Of a stretch of 64,000 bases of DNA, positions 63,821 to 64,000 are shown one piece after another (positions within the stretch are counted from its first letter, which is position 1; every line of letters starts with the position of its first letter). The notes under the pieces were generated by a model that had not been told where the DNA came from, ran no database searches, and saw only the letters and a list, made by a program, of their open reading frames with translations. This stretch comes from an uncultured Gemmatimonadales bacterium. GTDB lineage: Bacteria > Gemmatimonadota > Gemmatimonadetes > Longimicrobiales > Gaopeijiaceae. The stretch lies in assembly GCA_963809895.1 (NCBI GenBank), contig CAWELD010000003.1, positions 3,424,001-3,488,000 on the forward strand, written 5' to 3'. The translations under genes and the position numbers were made by a program.

Positions 63821-64000
63821 GTGATGGCAGCGAAGCTTCGAGGTGTGGGAGTGGGGATGGCGTGGGGACTGGCGGTGGCGTTGCTGGCGGCGCCGGGCGC
63901 AGCACAGGAGTCTGCGGCGCCGGACAGCGCCGGCGGCAAGGCGAGCAAGGGCCTCCCCCTGGAACCCGGCCGCACCATGCACGTCGATCTCACCGAGGGC
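63821..64000 (+). CDS. exported protein, 3' partial (probably PD40/TolB-repeat amidohydrolase family)
   Basis: GGAGA RBS; signal peptide then 'KGLPLEPGRTMHVDLTEG', a typical N-terminus for that family; open to the window end. Confidence 0.5.
   Translation, partial: MMAAKLRGVGVGMAWGLAVALLAAPGAAQESAAPDSAGGKASKGLPLEPGRTMHVDLTEG

Overview
High-GC bacterial chromosome segment. Gene content and style (many signal-peptide, Ig and carboxypeptidase-regulatory proteins, DUF5916, caa3 oxidase) suggest Gemmatimonadota; this is an inference. From left to right: a TPR/CsgG-like + beta-barrel + Ig-lipoprotein module; lon; an MBL hydrolase; ggt; a NUDIX hydrolase; ETF:QO; an AAA+/VWA pair split by a creatininase-PanE-SDR-D-aminoacylase operon and mutY; and a mannose-glycan degradation locus (SSS transporter, GH125, an unusual GH92-GH47 fusion, DUF2961/GH172-like, M16 peptidase, GH2 beta-mannosidase). 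An accessory block at about 39.4-50.5 kb carries a 1818-aa kinase-ATPase-GAF-cyclase with Cya2-type (guanylyl-like) specificity residues, plus a translationally coupled pair: an exported CxxCH protein and a VioB/RebD-like protein that lacks the ferritin-like domain and has no tryptophan-pathway partners. This pair is the best candidate for an undescribed system. Then come a caa3 oxidase operon, a 301-bp MITE with 30-bp TIRs and a TTAG target duplication, DUF5916, a TAXI-TRAP transporter and Yip1. Five genes between 16.5 and 35.1 kb are broken by single-base insertions, probably long-read errors. No rRNA, tRNA or CRISPR array was recognised. Family calls are from recalled motifs, not database searches.
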